In this document: one piece after another, positions 32,280 through 42,064 of the stretch
Layout of the letters: each line of letters begins with the position of its first letter
Numbering within the stretch: the first letter of the stretch is position 1
DNA from: an uncultured Pseudomonadota bacterium
GTDB taxonomy: Bacteria > Myxococcota_A > Polyangia > Fen-1088
Reading direction: 5' to 3'
Length of the DNA stretch: 64,000 bases
NCBI GenBank assembly: GCA_963847705.1
Contig: CAWKBC010000040.1
Span: 1 to 64,000 of the forward strand
Program-made: the position numbers and the translations under genes
Notes under the pieces: model-generated
Databases searched by the model: none
Told to the model about the DNA's origin: nothing
What the model saw: only the letters and a program-made list of their open reading frames with translations

Positions 32280-33512
32280 TTATGCGGCGTCCCAATCGGG
32301 TGCGGAACTCTTGCGGAAGTTCCGCAAAGAAGTCATCACCAGATCGGTTCTTGCGTCGATGACGGCCTCCGGTTTCGCGTAGTGATCCGCCGTCACCGCG
32401 AACGACTCGTGACCGAGCGCCCGCGCCACGGCATCCCCGGTGACGCCCGCTTGAACGGCGAGCGTCGCGTGCGTCCCACGAAGGCCGTGTGGGCTCACGA
32501 TCGGAGTTTTGGCCAAACGGCAGATACGCTGCACGGCCGAACGGAGCCACCATCGGTCGGCATCGGGCCCGAACAGACGCTCGGTCGGTTCCTTGCCCGC
32601 CGCCAGCCGTGCCAGCAGCGGCTGAAGCACCGCCGGGAGCCGGAGGCGTCGAATGCCCGCCCTCGTCTTGGCGCGAGGAATCACCAAGACACGCCCGTCG
32701 TCGTCGAGGTCGCGGACCAAACGGTCCGTCACCTCTGAGGCCCTCATCCCCATGAGCAGCGCCGTCGCTGCTGCCAGCGCGCCCACGTCGTCGGTCGCCA
32801 GCTCCAACGCTGTCGCCAACCATCGGCGGGCATCGTCCACCCGGTCGAGCTGTTCCTTACCTCTGGAGCGCTCCCCGAGTATCTCGATGCCATCGAAGGG
32901 CTCTGGGACCTTCGTCCAGCGCTGCTTCAGGCACCAGCGCATGAACGTCTTCGCTTCGTGAAGGACGTTGATCCGGGTATCGACGGCCGGCGGCTTCCCC
33001 GTGCGGGTCGGTCGCGAGACGTACCCGTTCCAGATTCTGACGGCGTCGTCGCAGGTGAGTGCCACGACGTAGTGGGTCTGGTCCTTGAACAGCGACCGAA
33101 GCCGCTCCAGCGTGCTGCAGATCGAGAGGGGCTTGTTCCCCTTCTCGGTCAGGTGCTTTTCGTAGGTCATCAGAGCCCCGTCGATGCTGATACCGATTTC
33201 CCTCTCAGCTTTACGGCGGAGTCTGTTGATGGCGCTTCTTGCTTCTATCTCGGTCGGAAACATCGTGTTGGTCGACTTGCCGGTGACGCGGTCGACGACC
33301 TTCACCCTCCAACCTTTTCTCTCTTGATATGGTCCATGAATGCGACGCATCGGTTTCCCTTTCGACAGGGTTGATGCGTCGCCGGATTCGTCGGCTATTC
33401 CGTTCTCAGAGAGCTGGCCTTCACCCTGATCCTGCGCGGATTCGCTGTCAACCTCGGCCAGCAGCGCCCGCAGCGCAGCGATCTGATCGGGGGTGAGCGC
33501 CGTCGTCGGCAT
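32280..33512 (-). CDS. Tyrosine recombinase / integrase
   Basis: GMRASE (R), AKT (K), HGLRGT (HxxR), LGHES, HYA (Y); start uncertain (33512 or 33351). Confidence 0.92.
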   Translation of the reverse strand: MPTTALTPDQIAALRALLAEVDSESAQDQGEGQLSENGIADESGDASTLSKGKPMRRIHGPYQERKGWRVKVVDRVTGKSTNTMFPTEIEARSAINRLRRKAEREIGISIDGALMTYEKHLTEKGNKPLSICSTLERLRSLFKDQTHYVVALTCDDAVRIWNGYVSRPTRTGKPPAVDTRINVLHEAKTFMRWCLKQRWTKVPEPFDGIEILGERSRGKEQLDRVDDARRWLATALELATDDVGALAAATALLMGMRASEVTDRLVRDLDDDGRVLVIPRAKTRAGIRRLRLPAVLQPLLARLAAGKEPTERLFGPDADRWWLRSAVQRICRLAKTPIVSPHGLRGTHATLAVQAGVTGDAVARALGHESFAVTADHYAKPEAVIDARTDLVMTSLRNFRKSSAPDWDAA

Positions 33513-33570
33513 GGCTAGGCGCACAACCTTCGGACAGGCGCGCGGAGCCTGAGCCGGAGGTCACTGGTGC

Positions 33571-34332
33571 TCATGATCGCTTCGCCCTTCGACGGCGCGA
33601 AGCGTGGGCGCTTTCAGCCGCCCTCGTCGCCGCCTTCCGACGGACCCGCACGGCCTCGGGCGCCCTTTTCTCCAGGACCTTTCGAATGGTGGTCAGAACA
33701 AGCGTGTGCCTACGGCAGGCCCATGACCGACCGAAGCGCAGCTTCTGGGCCGCGTCACTCAGGCTCCGGTCCTCGCGGTAGCAGAGGTGGAGCAGTCGCC
33801 GATCGCGCTCGGGAAGACGCTCGATCTCCACCTTTGTGAGCGCTTCGAGCTGGTCGTCCTGGACCGCCGCCGGCTGCACGAACCGCCGCCCGTTCCACCA
33901 GGCGTTGCGCTCCGTTTCATCGACCTCGGCGACATCGAGGGACGCCCCGGCCGCCGGTCCAGTCCGTTGAGTGTAGGGCCCAGCCTCCGACCCCTTTGGC
34001 GTGCCCTGCAGTCGCTTGTAGGTGCGCTTTGGGACCCAGTGATGTTTGCGGATTCCGTCGAATATCGCTCCCTTGATCCGACGCCGAGCGAAGGCCTCGA
34101 AAGGAACCCCTCTTTCGGACTCGAAGGTTTGGGCGGCCTGGAGCAGCCCGAAAGCCCCCTCGCCGAAAAGATCCGCGAGGTCGATATTGCTGCCGGCAGA
34201 TGTTGCCGCGATGCCCTTGGCGATCTCATGGACGAGATCCATGTGAGCTTCGACGAGTCGGTTGCGCGCGACCAGGTCGACCGCGGCAGTAGGCCGACCG
34301 TGGCTCTTGCTGGGTCCCTTGGGCCTTGGCAT
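33571..34332 (-). CDS. Sigma-70 family factor, FliA/WhiG-like
   Basis: Region 2 DLFGEGAFGLLQAAQTF..RGVPFEAFARRRIKGAIFDGIR; region 4 LPERDRRLL..SLSDAAQKL. Confidence 0.85.
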   Translation of the reverse strand: MPRPKGPSKSHGRPTAAVDLVARNRLVEAHMDLVHEIAKGIAATSAGSNIDLADLFGEGAFGLLQAAQTFESERGVPFEAFARRRIKGAIFDGIRKHHWVPKRTYKRLQGTPKGSEAGPYTQRTGPAAGASLDVAEVDETERNAWWNGRRFVQPAAVQDDQLEALTKVEIERLPERDRRLLHLCYREDRSLSDAAQKLRFGRSWACRRHTLVLTTIRKVLEKRAPEAVRVRRKAATRAAESAHASRRRRAKRS

Positions 34333-34379
34333 CTTTCGTCCCTCTTTCGCTCGCCGATGGCGGGCGGTAGGAACGAATG

Positions 34380-34394
34380 GCAACTGCCGTGCCT
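34380..34394 (-). promoter_or_regulatory. Sigma54 (-24/-12) promoter
   Basis: Minus strand AGGCACGGCAGTTGC = GG-N10-GC, 48 bp upstream of the sigma factor ATG. Confidence 0.7.
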
Positions 34395-34479
34395 GGCGCA
34401 GTCAGCACTGACCGGCCCAGAAAAGGCCAGAATATCGGGATCTCGACAGCGATACGACGTAGCGGTTGTTTCAACCCGG

Positions 34480-34514
34480 CGTTTCACGCTGTTTCATGAA
34501 ACGCGCGTGAAACG
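34480..34514. promoter_or_regulatory. Palindromic GTTTCA/TGAAAC array, putative enhancer (UAS)
   Basis: CGTTTCACGCTGTTTCA|TGAAACGCGCGTGAAACG, about 100 bp upstream of the sigma54 promoter. Confidence 0.55.
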
Positions 34515-34567
34515 GTCAGCCTCTCCACCTAGCCGTGCTACGTTTTAGGTGTCTAACGGGTTCACCA

Positions 34568-34812
34568 TGGCGCGCATCCAAGCCGAAGTGCAGGCACTTG
34601 CAGAGCGTATCCAAGCGCTGGCCGACGCCGATCGGGCGAAGATCCTCGCTCAGGTGATGCAGGCCGAGGGGACGAAGGTCCCCTGGTCCGCCGTTCAGCG
34701 GGTGCAGAGTCGCGTCCGCCGAATCGGGCTCCGCGGCGAGAAGCTTGACCGCGACATCGTCAGCACCGTCCGCCAGGTCCGCCGGGATCGCGCGCGCAAG
34801 TCCCGCGGATAA
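34568..34812 (+). CDS. Putative antitoxin of the PIN toxin
   Basis: Small ORF ending 3 bp before the PIN gene. Confidence 0.6.
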
Positions 34813-34815
34813 GGC

Positions 34816-35295
34816 GTGCCCGCTCCACGGGCCGTCCTCGACACGAGCGTGCTCGTCAGCGCGATACTGCGTCCCGACGGTCCGTCTGGCGCCGTGCTGA
34901 GCGCTGCGCGACGAGGTAGGTTCGTGATGATCGCGTCGCCGGCGATTCTCGACGAGCTGGTCGACGTACTGACCCGGCCCAAGCTTCGCGCGCAGGCCCG
35001 ACTCACTTTCGAGGACGTCGCGAGGATCCGCGTCGGTCTCCAGCAATTCGCCGAGACCGTCCCTGGGGCGTATCGCGACCTGGATGCCGTTCCGACGGAT
35101 CCCCAGGACAACCCTGTTGTCGCGACCGCTCTAGAAGGGGAGGCCGACCACCTCGTGACCTTGGATGAACACGATCTCCTCGCTCTAAAAGTCATTCTCG
35201 GTCGTGCTCACCGCCCTGTGCAGATCGTCAGCCCGCCAGACTTCCTCGTGACGCTGTCCCTGCGTAGGCGCGGGCGCCGCCCACGGCGAGGCTGA
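34816..35295 (+). CDS. PIN-domain toxin (PIN_3 type)
   Basis: RAVLDTSVLVSA, DPQDNPVVATA, LVTLD..DLL. Confidence 0.88.
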   Translation: MPAPRAVLDTSVLVSAILRPDGPSGAVLSAARRGRFVMIASPAILDELVDVLTRPKLRAQARLTFEDVARIRVGLQQFAETVPGAYRDLDAVPTDPQDNPVVATALEGEADHLVTLDEHDLLALKVILGRAHRPVQIVSPPDFLVTLSLRRRGRRPRRG

Positions 35296-35380
35296 GAGTC
35301 GGTAGGCGTGACGCGACGTCCCCTTCTTTCATCATATGGGCACATAGCAGTCTGCGAGCCGCTCTCCGCCGCGTGTAACA

Positions 35381-36901
35381 ATGAGCACGATGAACCTCAG
35401 CCCATCTCAGGAACGTGCCGTCGCGGCGCTCCGGCCCGATTGGCCGGATACCGAGTCGTTCGTGCTGTGGGCACCGTACGGTCTGGGGCGGTCCACGATG
35501 CTGCGCGCCGTGCAAAAGGAGCGCGGCGGAATCGTCCTCGACATGGCGTCGTATCTGGAACGCCTCACCGAGGCAGAGCCTTTGGCACTCGAAGAGACCT
35601 TGCACCAAATGCTGTTCGGCGCTCTGCGGGAGAATGAGGTCGTCCTCGTCGACGATCTTCACCTGTTGAACAGCGTCGTCTGCTGCAACAGCTTCTATCC
35701 GAAAAAGGACTTTCTCAACGCGCCACTCGAGGTGGCCGCGGCGTTCGCACGCGAAAAGGGTCGCAAGCTGGTCTTCACGATGCCGAGCGGGATGCCGCAG
35801 CCCATCGCCGGGCGCGCCCACTTCCAGGGATACAAGCGGCTCCAGCCCGCCGACTTTCGGTTCTTCTTCGACCTCTACCTCGGCGCCGACGGTGGGGATC
35901 TGGACGTCGCGAAGATTCATCGCTTTGCGCCCAAGTTGAATCTGCACCAGATCCGACTCGCCAGCCTGGAGCTGCGGCGCAAGGGGAAGCCAACCACCGA
36001 CGGCATGATCGACTACCTGCGCACGTCGCAGATGATCAGCAACGTCGACATCGGCGAGGTCCAGGATGTCGACCTCTCGTCGCTGCGCGGAGTCGACGAT
36101 ATCGTCGCTGCGCTCGAGGCGAACATCATCTTGCCGCTCGAGGACGACGTGCTGGCGACCGAGCTCAAGATCAAACCCAAGCGCGGCGTCTTGATCGCGG
36201 GTCCGCCCGGAACCGGAAAGACCACCATCGGCCGGGCGCTCGCCCGGCGCCTGCGTGGCAAGTTCTTCCTAATCGACGGAACGTTCATCAGCGGGTCGCG
36301 CAACTTCTACCAGCGCATCCATCAGGTCTTCGAAGGCGCGAAGCAGAACGCCCCAGCCGTTATCTTCATCGACGACAGCGACGTCATCTTCGAGAACGGC
36401 AAGGAGCATGGTCTGTACCGTTACCTCCTCACGGCGCTCGACGGGCTCGAGAGCGAGAGCGCCGGTCGCGTGTGCGTGATGATGACCGCCATGGACGTGG
36501 GCGCCCTCCCGGCGGCGTTGGTGCGCTCGGGACGCGTCGAGCTGTGGCTCGAGACGCGGCTGCCGGATCGTGGTGCGCGCCTGCAGATCCTGCAGGATCT
36601 GATGCGCGACGTGCCGCCGCCGTTTCCAGAGGCCGATCTCGAGAAGCTGGCCGACGAGACCAACGATATGACGGGTGCCGACGTCAAGCGCCTGATCGAG
36701 GACGGCAAGGTTCTCTTCGCCTACGACCGCTCCCGCAAGCTTCCCCTGAAGCCAGTGACGGATTACTTCGTCCAGGCTATCGCGACGGTCCGCGAGAACA
36801 AGAAGCGCTACGCCGAAGCCGAGGCCCGAATCCGCAGCCGCCCGCACATTCCGGAGAATCCGTACGGCTACGTCCCAGATTTCGGCGGCGACGACGACTG
36901 A
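35381..36901 (+). CDS. AAA+ ATPase with degenerate N-terminal P-loop and intact C-terminal AAA module
   Basis: APYGLGRST / VLVDD; GPPGTGKT, IFIDDSD, LVRSGRVE. Confidence 0.85.
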   Translation: MSTMNLSPSQERAVAALRPDWPDTESFVLWAPYGLGRSTMLRAVQKERGGIVLDMASYLERLTEAEPLALEETLHQMLFGALRENEVVLVDDLHLLNSVVCCNSFYPKKDFLNAPLEVAAAFAREKGRKLVFTMPSGMPQPIAGRAHFQGYKRLQPADFRFFFDLYLGADGGDLDVAKIHRFAPKLNLHQIRLASLELRRKGKPTTDGMIDYLRTSQMISNVDIGEVQDVDLSSLRGVDDIVAALEANIILPLEDDVLATELKIKPKRGVLIAGPPGTGKTTIGRALARRLRGKFFLIDGTFISGSRNFYQRIHQVFEGAKQNAPAVIFIDDSDVIFENGKEHGLYRYLLTALDGLESESAGRVCVMMTAMDVGALPAALVRSGRVELWLETRLPDRGARLQILQDLMRDVPPPFPEADLEKLADETNDMTGADVKRLIEDGKVLFAYDRSRKLPLKPVTDYFVQAIATVRENKKRYAEAEARIRSRPHIPENPYGYVPDFGGDDD

Positions 36902-38001
36902 TGATCAGTCACCTTCACGTCGAAGGTTACCGCTCGATCCGCAAACTCCGCCTGGATCTCGGAGCGGTCAACGTCGTCTTGGGACCGAACGGGAGCGGCA
37001 AGACCAATCTCTATCGCGCTCTCTACCTCCTGGCGGAGGCCGCCCATGGGCGGTTCGCCCGCGCGCTCGCCGACGAGGGGGGCATGCCCTCGGCTCTCTG
37101 GGCAGGCACCCGTCGGAAAGGACCGGTCAGGATGGTCTTCGGTGCCACGATCGATGCGTTCACGTACGAACTGGCGTGCGGACTGCCCCAGGCCGTCGGC
37201 ATGGGTCGCTTCACGCTCGATCCACGCGTAAAGGAAGAGAGCGCGGCCTTCTTCGACGGCAAGCGCTCCACCCCGCTGCTTCAGAGGGAGAACGCCACAA
37301 CCTGGCTCCGCGACGCCGACGGGGTTCGCGTCAGCTATCCGATCGCGCTACGAGACGCTGAGTCGGTCCTTTCCCAGCTTCAAGACCCGCAGCGCTATCC
37401 AGTCGTCGCGAGCCTGGCTAGCGAGCTGCGCTCATGGCGCTTCTATCACCACTTCCGTACTGACCACGAGTCGCCCCTGCGCCAGCCGCAGGTAGGCATT
37501 CAAACTCCTGTTCTATCCTCCGACGGAACCGACCTCGCAGCGGCGCTCGAAACGATCTTCCAGATCGGCGACAGCCAAGCGCTGAATGAAGAGCTGGAAC
37601 GCGCGTTCCCAGGGGCAAAGCTGGAGATTGACGTCCGCGAGGGCGAAGCACGGTTCGCCGTCCAGATGACGATGCCTGGAATAACGCGCCCGCTTCGCGC
37701 CGCCGAGCTGTCCGACGGTACGCTCCGGTACCTCTGCTTGCTGGCCGCGCTGCTAAGCCCACGACCACCAACGTTCCTCGCGCTCAACGAGCCCGAAACC
37801 AGCCTGCACCCCGATCTCCTTGAACCGTTGGCCCACCTCGTCGCGCGCGCTGGGAAGACGTCGCAGATCTGTCTCACCACGCACGCGGAGCAGCTGGCCA
37901 CCACCATCGCCCGCCTCACGGGCAGGCCCGCCGTCCACCTCGAGAAGGTCGACGGGGAGACGCGTGTGGTCGAGGCGGATTCGGGTCGCGAGGACGAGTA
38001 G
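36901..38001 (+). CDS. ABC-type/RecF-like ATPase (AAA_21 type)
   Basis: MISHLHVEGYRSI, GPNGSGKT, LSDGTLR, NEPETSLHP, TTH; ATG overlaps the upstream TGA. Confidence 0.88.
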   Translation: MISHLHVEGYRSIRKLRLDLGAVNVVLGPNGSGKTNLYRALYLLAEAAHGRFARALADEGGMPSALWAGTRRKGPVRMVFGATIDAFTYELACGLPQAVGMGRFTLDPRVKEESAAFFDGKRSTPLLQRENATTWLRDADGVRVSYPIALRDAESVLSQLQDPQRYPVVASLASELRSWRFYHHFRTDHESPLRQPQVGIQTPVLSSDGTDLAAALETIFQIGDSQALNEELERAFPGAKLEIDVREGEARFAVQMTMPGITRPLRAAELSDGTLRYLCLLAALLSPRPPTFLALNEPETSLHPDLLEPLAHLVARAGKTSQICLTTHAEQLATTIARLTGRPAVHLEKVDGETRVVEADSGREDE

Positions 38002-38014
38002 GGCCCCAGGCATG

Positions 38015-38269
38015 TCAGCCAGCCGATGGAAAATGTAGCTCGACACGATGTCCATCCGGGTCGTCGATCGTCACCGGCGAGCCCGGACGAGGCACAGCGC
38101 CGATCTCCACCAGCGCCGAAAGCACCGCTGAGAGATCGACGAGTCGCAGTCCCAACCGGAGACCACGCGTCGAACCGCTCGCGTCCCGATAGAGTTCGAG
38201 GACAGTCTCACCACTCGGGCCGACCAGTGCCGGGGGGCCCGGGCCGTGCTGCTCGGGTGTCAGCGTCAA
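38015..38269 (-). pseudogene. VOC/glyoxalase-like fragment
   Basis: EQHGPGP...VLELY...DPDGHRVEL, N-terminus missing. Confidence 0.5.
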
Positions 38270-38352
38270 ACCAAGGGGGTGCGCGAGCTCTCCTCCGCGA
38301 CTAACTGCCCGCCCAGCGAGTGATCGATGAAGAAGATCCAGGGTTCAGGCAG
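38266..38352 (-). pseudogene. Truncated VapC45-like PIN toxin remnant
   Basis: Frame overlapping the antitoxin stop reads LPEPWIFFIDHSLGGQLVAE, then stops. Confidence 0.55.
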
Positions 38353-39040
38353 CAGCCGGGATCGCGGTCCTGATGGCATCGTTCACGTGGTCCGTGGGGA
38401 TGCGGTAGTCGCGGGCGATCTCGCTCGGATCTTCCCCCGCCCGGTACCGGCCAACGATGACGCTGACGGGGATGCCGGTCTCGAAGATGACGGGCTTCCC
38501 GAACGAGAGCTTCGGGTCCATCAAGATCACCTTCGGCCCTCCCTCGGTGCCCCGGACGAACGGGAACAGGCGAGAGGCCACACCCTCTTCGTCGCGGTCG
38601 ATACGGGCGAGCGACTTTCGAATCGCCTCGTCTATTTCCGTCTGGCCTGCGCCGGAGGCGTTGATCAGCCTCCCGAGCTCCTTGACGAAGAGATCGACCC
38701 CATCGGTCTCAAACTCCACCGTGATCAGGGGATGTGGCTGCTGGATCTTGCGCTGCACGAATCGGAGGGCCTTGCGAACCCGCTGCAAGGAGACCCCGTG
38801 CTGACAACGGATGGCCCCCAGGACGTGCGCCTCCACGAGATTCTGAAAGGACAGTAGGCCGCTGCTCGCGGGAAGCTTGATGACCGCTTCAGCCTGACGT
38901 CCGTCCTGGTCGACGCGACCATGAACCCAGGTCTTCAAGGTGGCACGGGGCAGGCGCAGGTACAGAGCCGCCTCGCCGACCGCGTAACGCGGCACCGTGC
39001 GGGGGTCCTTTCCGCCGTAGAGGTCGATCACATTGCCCAC
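38345..39040 (-). CDS. DUF433-containing antitoxin (VapB45-like)
   Basis: PRYAVGEAALYL..P..TL..W HTH, LSFQNLVEAH, DPKLSFGKPVI..TGIPV DUF433. Confidence 0.85.
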   Translation of the reverse strand: MGNVIDLYGGKDPRTVPRYAVGEAALYLRLPRATLKTWVHGRVDQDGRQAEAVIKLPASSGLLSFQNLVEAHVLGAIRCQHGVSLQRVRKALRFVQRKIQQPHPLITVEFETDGVDLFVKELGRLINASGAGQTEIDEAIRKSLARIDRDEEGVASRLFPFVRGTEGGPKVILMDPKLSFGKPVIFETGIPVSVIVGRYRAGEDPSEIARDYRIPTDHVNDAIRTAIPAAA

Positions 39041-39105
39041 GCGTCAAAAGTACTACAGCGTCCGACGGCCTTCCCCGCCAGTACCTTCCCGTCGCCGACG
39101 GGCCG

Positions 39106-40005
39106 TCAGTGAATGCACCCCTGCCAAACGTCGTCCGTCCTGACCTCGGCCGACGGAAACAGCGCCCGCGCCTTTTCCCCCACCGCGCGGGTCGACGGAT
39201 CATTCTTTGGGCCGCTGCCCAGAATGACCAGGTAGCCTTGCTCCTCGGCGTCGAAGAACCTGCGAGCCTCGTCGACGCTGACGTAAGCGCCGTCGTCGTC
39301 GCGGCCGCGGGACACGTAGCAGGGGTGCTCCCAGTCGTTGGCCTTGCAGTCGACGGGGGAAAAGGTCAGTCCCCCGTGGCCGTCCGGACGGGCACGTCGC
39401 AGGTCGAGCTTGAGGCCCAACCGCCGCGCGGCGGAGCTCGCGACCCGTCGGGCTTCTGCGTACGACGCAATGGCCGGCAAGACGACGAAGTCCTTTTCGG
39501 CCATCTCGGCGGGACGGGGAGGGATGGTCGGCAGCGGTCCGTACCCGCGCTTCGACGTGACGGTCCAAGGACATCCGACCGGCGTTCCCGGTCGGCCATT
39601 CAGCGAAACCTCAATCCATCCAGTCCTCAGTCCGGAGACGTCAATCCGGTCTCCGCAGGCTTCCCGCGCCGGCTCGGCTACGGAAGCGCTCGCCACGCTG
39701 TTGCTGTTGAGTTGGACCGTGAAGGTACCGCCGGCCAGCTCGAAGCACTTGAGCTCCTTCGCGACCACCAATCCGATCTCCTCCTGGGGTCGTCCCCCGT
39801 AGCCGACCGTGACGTACGTCGGACGCGCTTTCGTCACCCGGCTCCCTCCGGACCTCTGCACGCAAAGGTGCGGTGAAGGGACGGACCCTGCCGACGTCGG
39901 GGATGCGGCTGACACAGGTGGAGCAACCGAGGGCGGAGAGCCACCGTCCTTTGTCGCCGGGACCGCCGCGAGCAGGATCAAGGCGACCGACCACACAGGG
40001 GGCAT
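39106..40005 (-). CDS. Secreted hypothetical protein
   Basis: Signal-like N-terminus; C-terminal domain ending WQGCIH. Confidence 0.6.
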   Translation of the reverse strand: MPPVWSVALILLAAVPATKDGGSPPSVAPPVSAASPTSAGSVPSPHLCVQRSGGSRVTKARPTYVTVGYGGRPQEEIGLVVAKELKCFELAGGTFTVQLNSNSVASASVAEPAREACGDRIDVSGLRTGWIEVSLNGRPGTPVGCPWTVTSKRGYGPLPTIPPRPAEMAEKDFVVLPAIASYAEARRVASSAARRLGLKLDLRRARPDGHGGLTFSPVDCKANDWEHPCYVSRGRDDDGAYVSVDEARRFFDAEEQGYLVILGSGPKNDPSTRAVGEKARALFPSAEVRTDDVWQGCIH

Positions 40006-40174
40006 TCTACAACCTTCGAACCGGTGCTCGGCACGTTCGGGCCCGACCGGCGGAAGCCACGCCCGATTCCGGCGCTCGGCGCCCGAATTCCCCGCACGAA
40101 GTCCCCGACATCGCTGGCAAACTAGACGACGCGGAAACGTCGAATGAGGCCTCTTCGTTGGTCTCGATCCAACG

Positions 40175-40891
40175 CTAAGCGGCGGAAGAAGGTTTTGGAG
40201 GCTCGGTCGTCAGACCGAGGATGTCGCCTTCCATGAGCAGACCACGTAAGTAGGCCACGACCCGAGGATGATCCCATTCGGCTGCGCCCTCATGCTTGAA
40301 CGCGACCCGAGAATCGGCGGCGATGACGTAGGTTGCCGGGATGAATTCGGAATCGAACATCCTGGGCATCTGATCGTCCATCAGCGCGAACACGGGAACC
40401 GAGACAGCTTTGTCAGCAACCCAGTTGCGCAAATATTCGAGGTCTCCGTCGCTCGCGATGCACATGAACACGACGCCCTCGGGAGCCAGGATGGTGTGCA
40501 GTCGCTCGATGGCGGCCAGCTCAACAACGCAGGGGGCGCACATGGTCGACCAAAAATTCAAGAACAGCACCCTGTGCATGAAATCGTCGATGGTGACCGA
40601 CGTTCCATCGAGCTTGCGGACCTTCCAGTGATAGATGGCCCGCTCACCACCCGGTACGGGCGCCTCCGGCAGCTTTACACGAAGCCTCTCCATCCGAATT
40701 GTCTCAACCTTCCGTTGCGTGGATGCGACGAAGCCGAATAGAGCAGCCAAACTCAACACCACGCCCACCACGACGCCAGACAGGAAACCCCCTGTGCCGA
40801 TCTTTGCTTCCAGCCACCGCAGCGAAAGCAACACCCCCACTGTTCCGGCGGTAAGGACGAGCAGGTAAGCGGAGCTCTTCTTGGAAACCAT
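40175..40891 (-). CDS. TlpA-like thiol-disulfide oxidoreductase with two N-terminal TMs
   Basis: FLNFWSTMCAPCVVE, IPATYVI, HEGAAEWD. Confidence 0.85.
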   Translation of the reverse strand: MVSKKSSAYLLVLTAGTVGVLLSLRWLEAKIGTGGFLSGVVVGVVLSLAALFGFVASTQRKVETIRMERLRVKLPEAPVPGGERAIYHWKVRKLDGTSVTIDDFMHRVLFLNFWSTMCAPCVVELAAIERLHTILAPEGVVFMCIASDGDLEYLRNWVADKAVSVPVFALMDDQMPRMFDSEFIPATYVIAADSRVAFKHEGAAEWDHPRVVAYLRGLLMEGDILGLTTEPPKPSSAA

Positions 40892-41305
40892 GCCAGCGCG
40901 GCCAGCGTCGATGATACCTGGGCCGGCTCTACGGAGCGACGATATCGAGCCAAGGAGAGAGGAGAAGGTGACGCGAGCGTTCTGCATCCTGAAATGAGGT
41001 ACGTCGCGTTGGCCCCCCCTGTCGCTGCGCACATCCAGTGTAATCTCGTTGCGTGGGAGCCTGGGGTCCCGGCATCTACCAGAACGACGATGCGCTGGAC
41101 CTGCGTGATCGCTGGCGTGACCTCCTGGGCGCCGGCTTCGACGCCAAGGAGGTCGGTCGGCGCCTGCTCGGCGAACTCGACCTGAAAGACGACGCCGATC
41201 ATTCGCCGTCGTGGCTCGCCCTCGCCGATCTGCTGTGGCGCTCGGGACGACTTGCTGTAGACGGCCACGAAGATCCGAGGAAATCTGACCGTCGGGCCGT
41301 GGCCA

Positions 41306-42064
41306 TCACTTGGCCTTTTTAGGCGTGGGCGGCTGAGACTTCTGGCGCCAGGAGTCGGCGTCGATGTCGATGACGTGGCAGTGCTGGACGAAGCGGTCGA
41401 CGAGGGCGGCGACGCAGGCGGCACCGGGAAAGACCGTGCCCCACTGCTTGAAGGGCAAATTCGTGGTGATGACGACGGACCTGGTCTCGTGCCTGCGGCT
41501 GACGATGTTGTAGAGGAGATCGGCGGAGCGGCTGTCGCAGGGGAGGTAGCCGAGCTCATCGACAATCAAGAGCTTCGGCGCGAGGTACCTGTGGCGCAGA
41601 GCGCGTTCGAGAGCGGGCAGCGACTCGCGACGAAGGAGATCGGTCAGTAGCGCGGCGAGGCTAGAAAAGCGGACGGAGTGGCCGCGGGTGAGGGCGGCGA
41701 AGCCGAGATTCTGCGCGAGCGTGGTTTTGCCGACGCCGCTCGGCCCGCGCAGGAGCACGTTGTCGCCGCGCTCAAGGAAATCGAGGTTGGTGTGCAGGCT
41801 CTCATAGAGGTTGCGGTCGATGGAGCGGGGATGGTTCCAGTCGAAGCGGTCGAGGGTGGTGAATTTGCCGAGGGTTGCGAGGCGGGTGCGCGCGGCGAGA
41901 TTGCGGCTCTCGCGTTCGCGGCGCTCCATCTCGACCAGCTTCTCGCAGGCCTCGACGGGGCCGATGCGACTGTGGGTGGCGTGCTCGAAGAGAGCGCGGA
42001 GCGCGGCCAGCGAGACGCGGAAGCCGAGCTGGCGCAGCTGGGTGGCGATGTCATCGCTTGGCAT
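41306..42064 (-). CDS. istB: IS21 helper ATPase
   Basis: GPSGVGKT, LLIVDELGY, ITTNLPF, DRFVQHC. Confidence 0.93.
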   Translation of the reverse strand: MPSDDIATQLRQLGFRVSLAALRALFEHATHSRIGPVEACEKLVEMERRERESRNLAARTRLATLGKFTTLDRFDWNHPRSIDRNLYESLHTNLDFLERGDNVLLRGPSGVGKTTLAQNLGFAALTRGHSVRFSSLAALLTDLLRRESLPALERALRHRYLAPKLLIVDELGYLPCDSRSADLLYNIVSRRHETRSVVITTNLPFKQWGTVFPGAACVAALVDRFVQHCHVIDIDADSWRQKSQPPTPKKAK

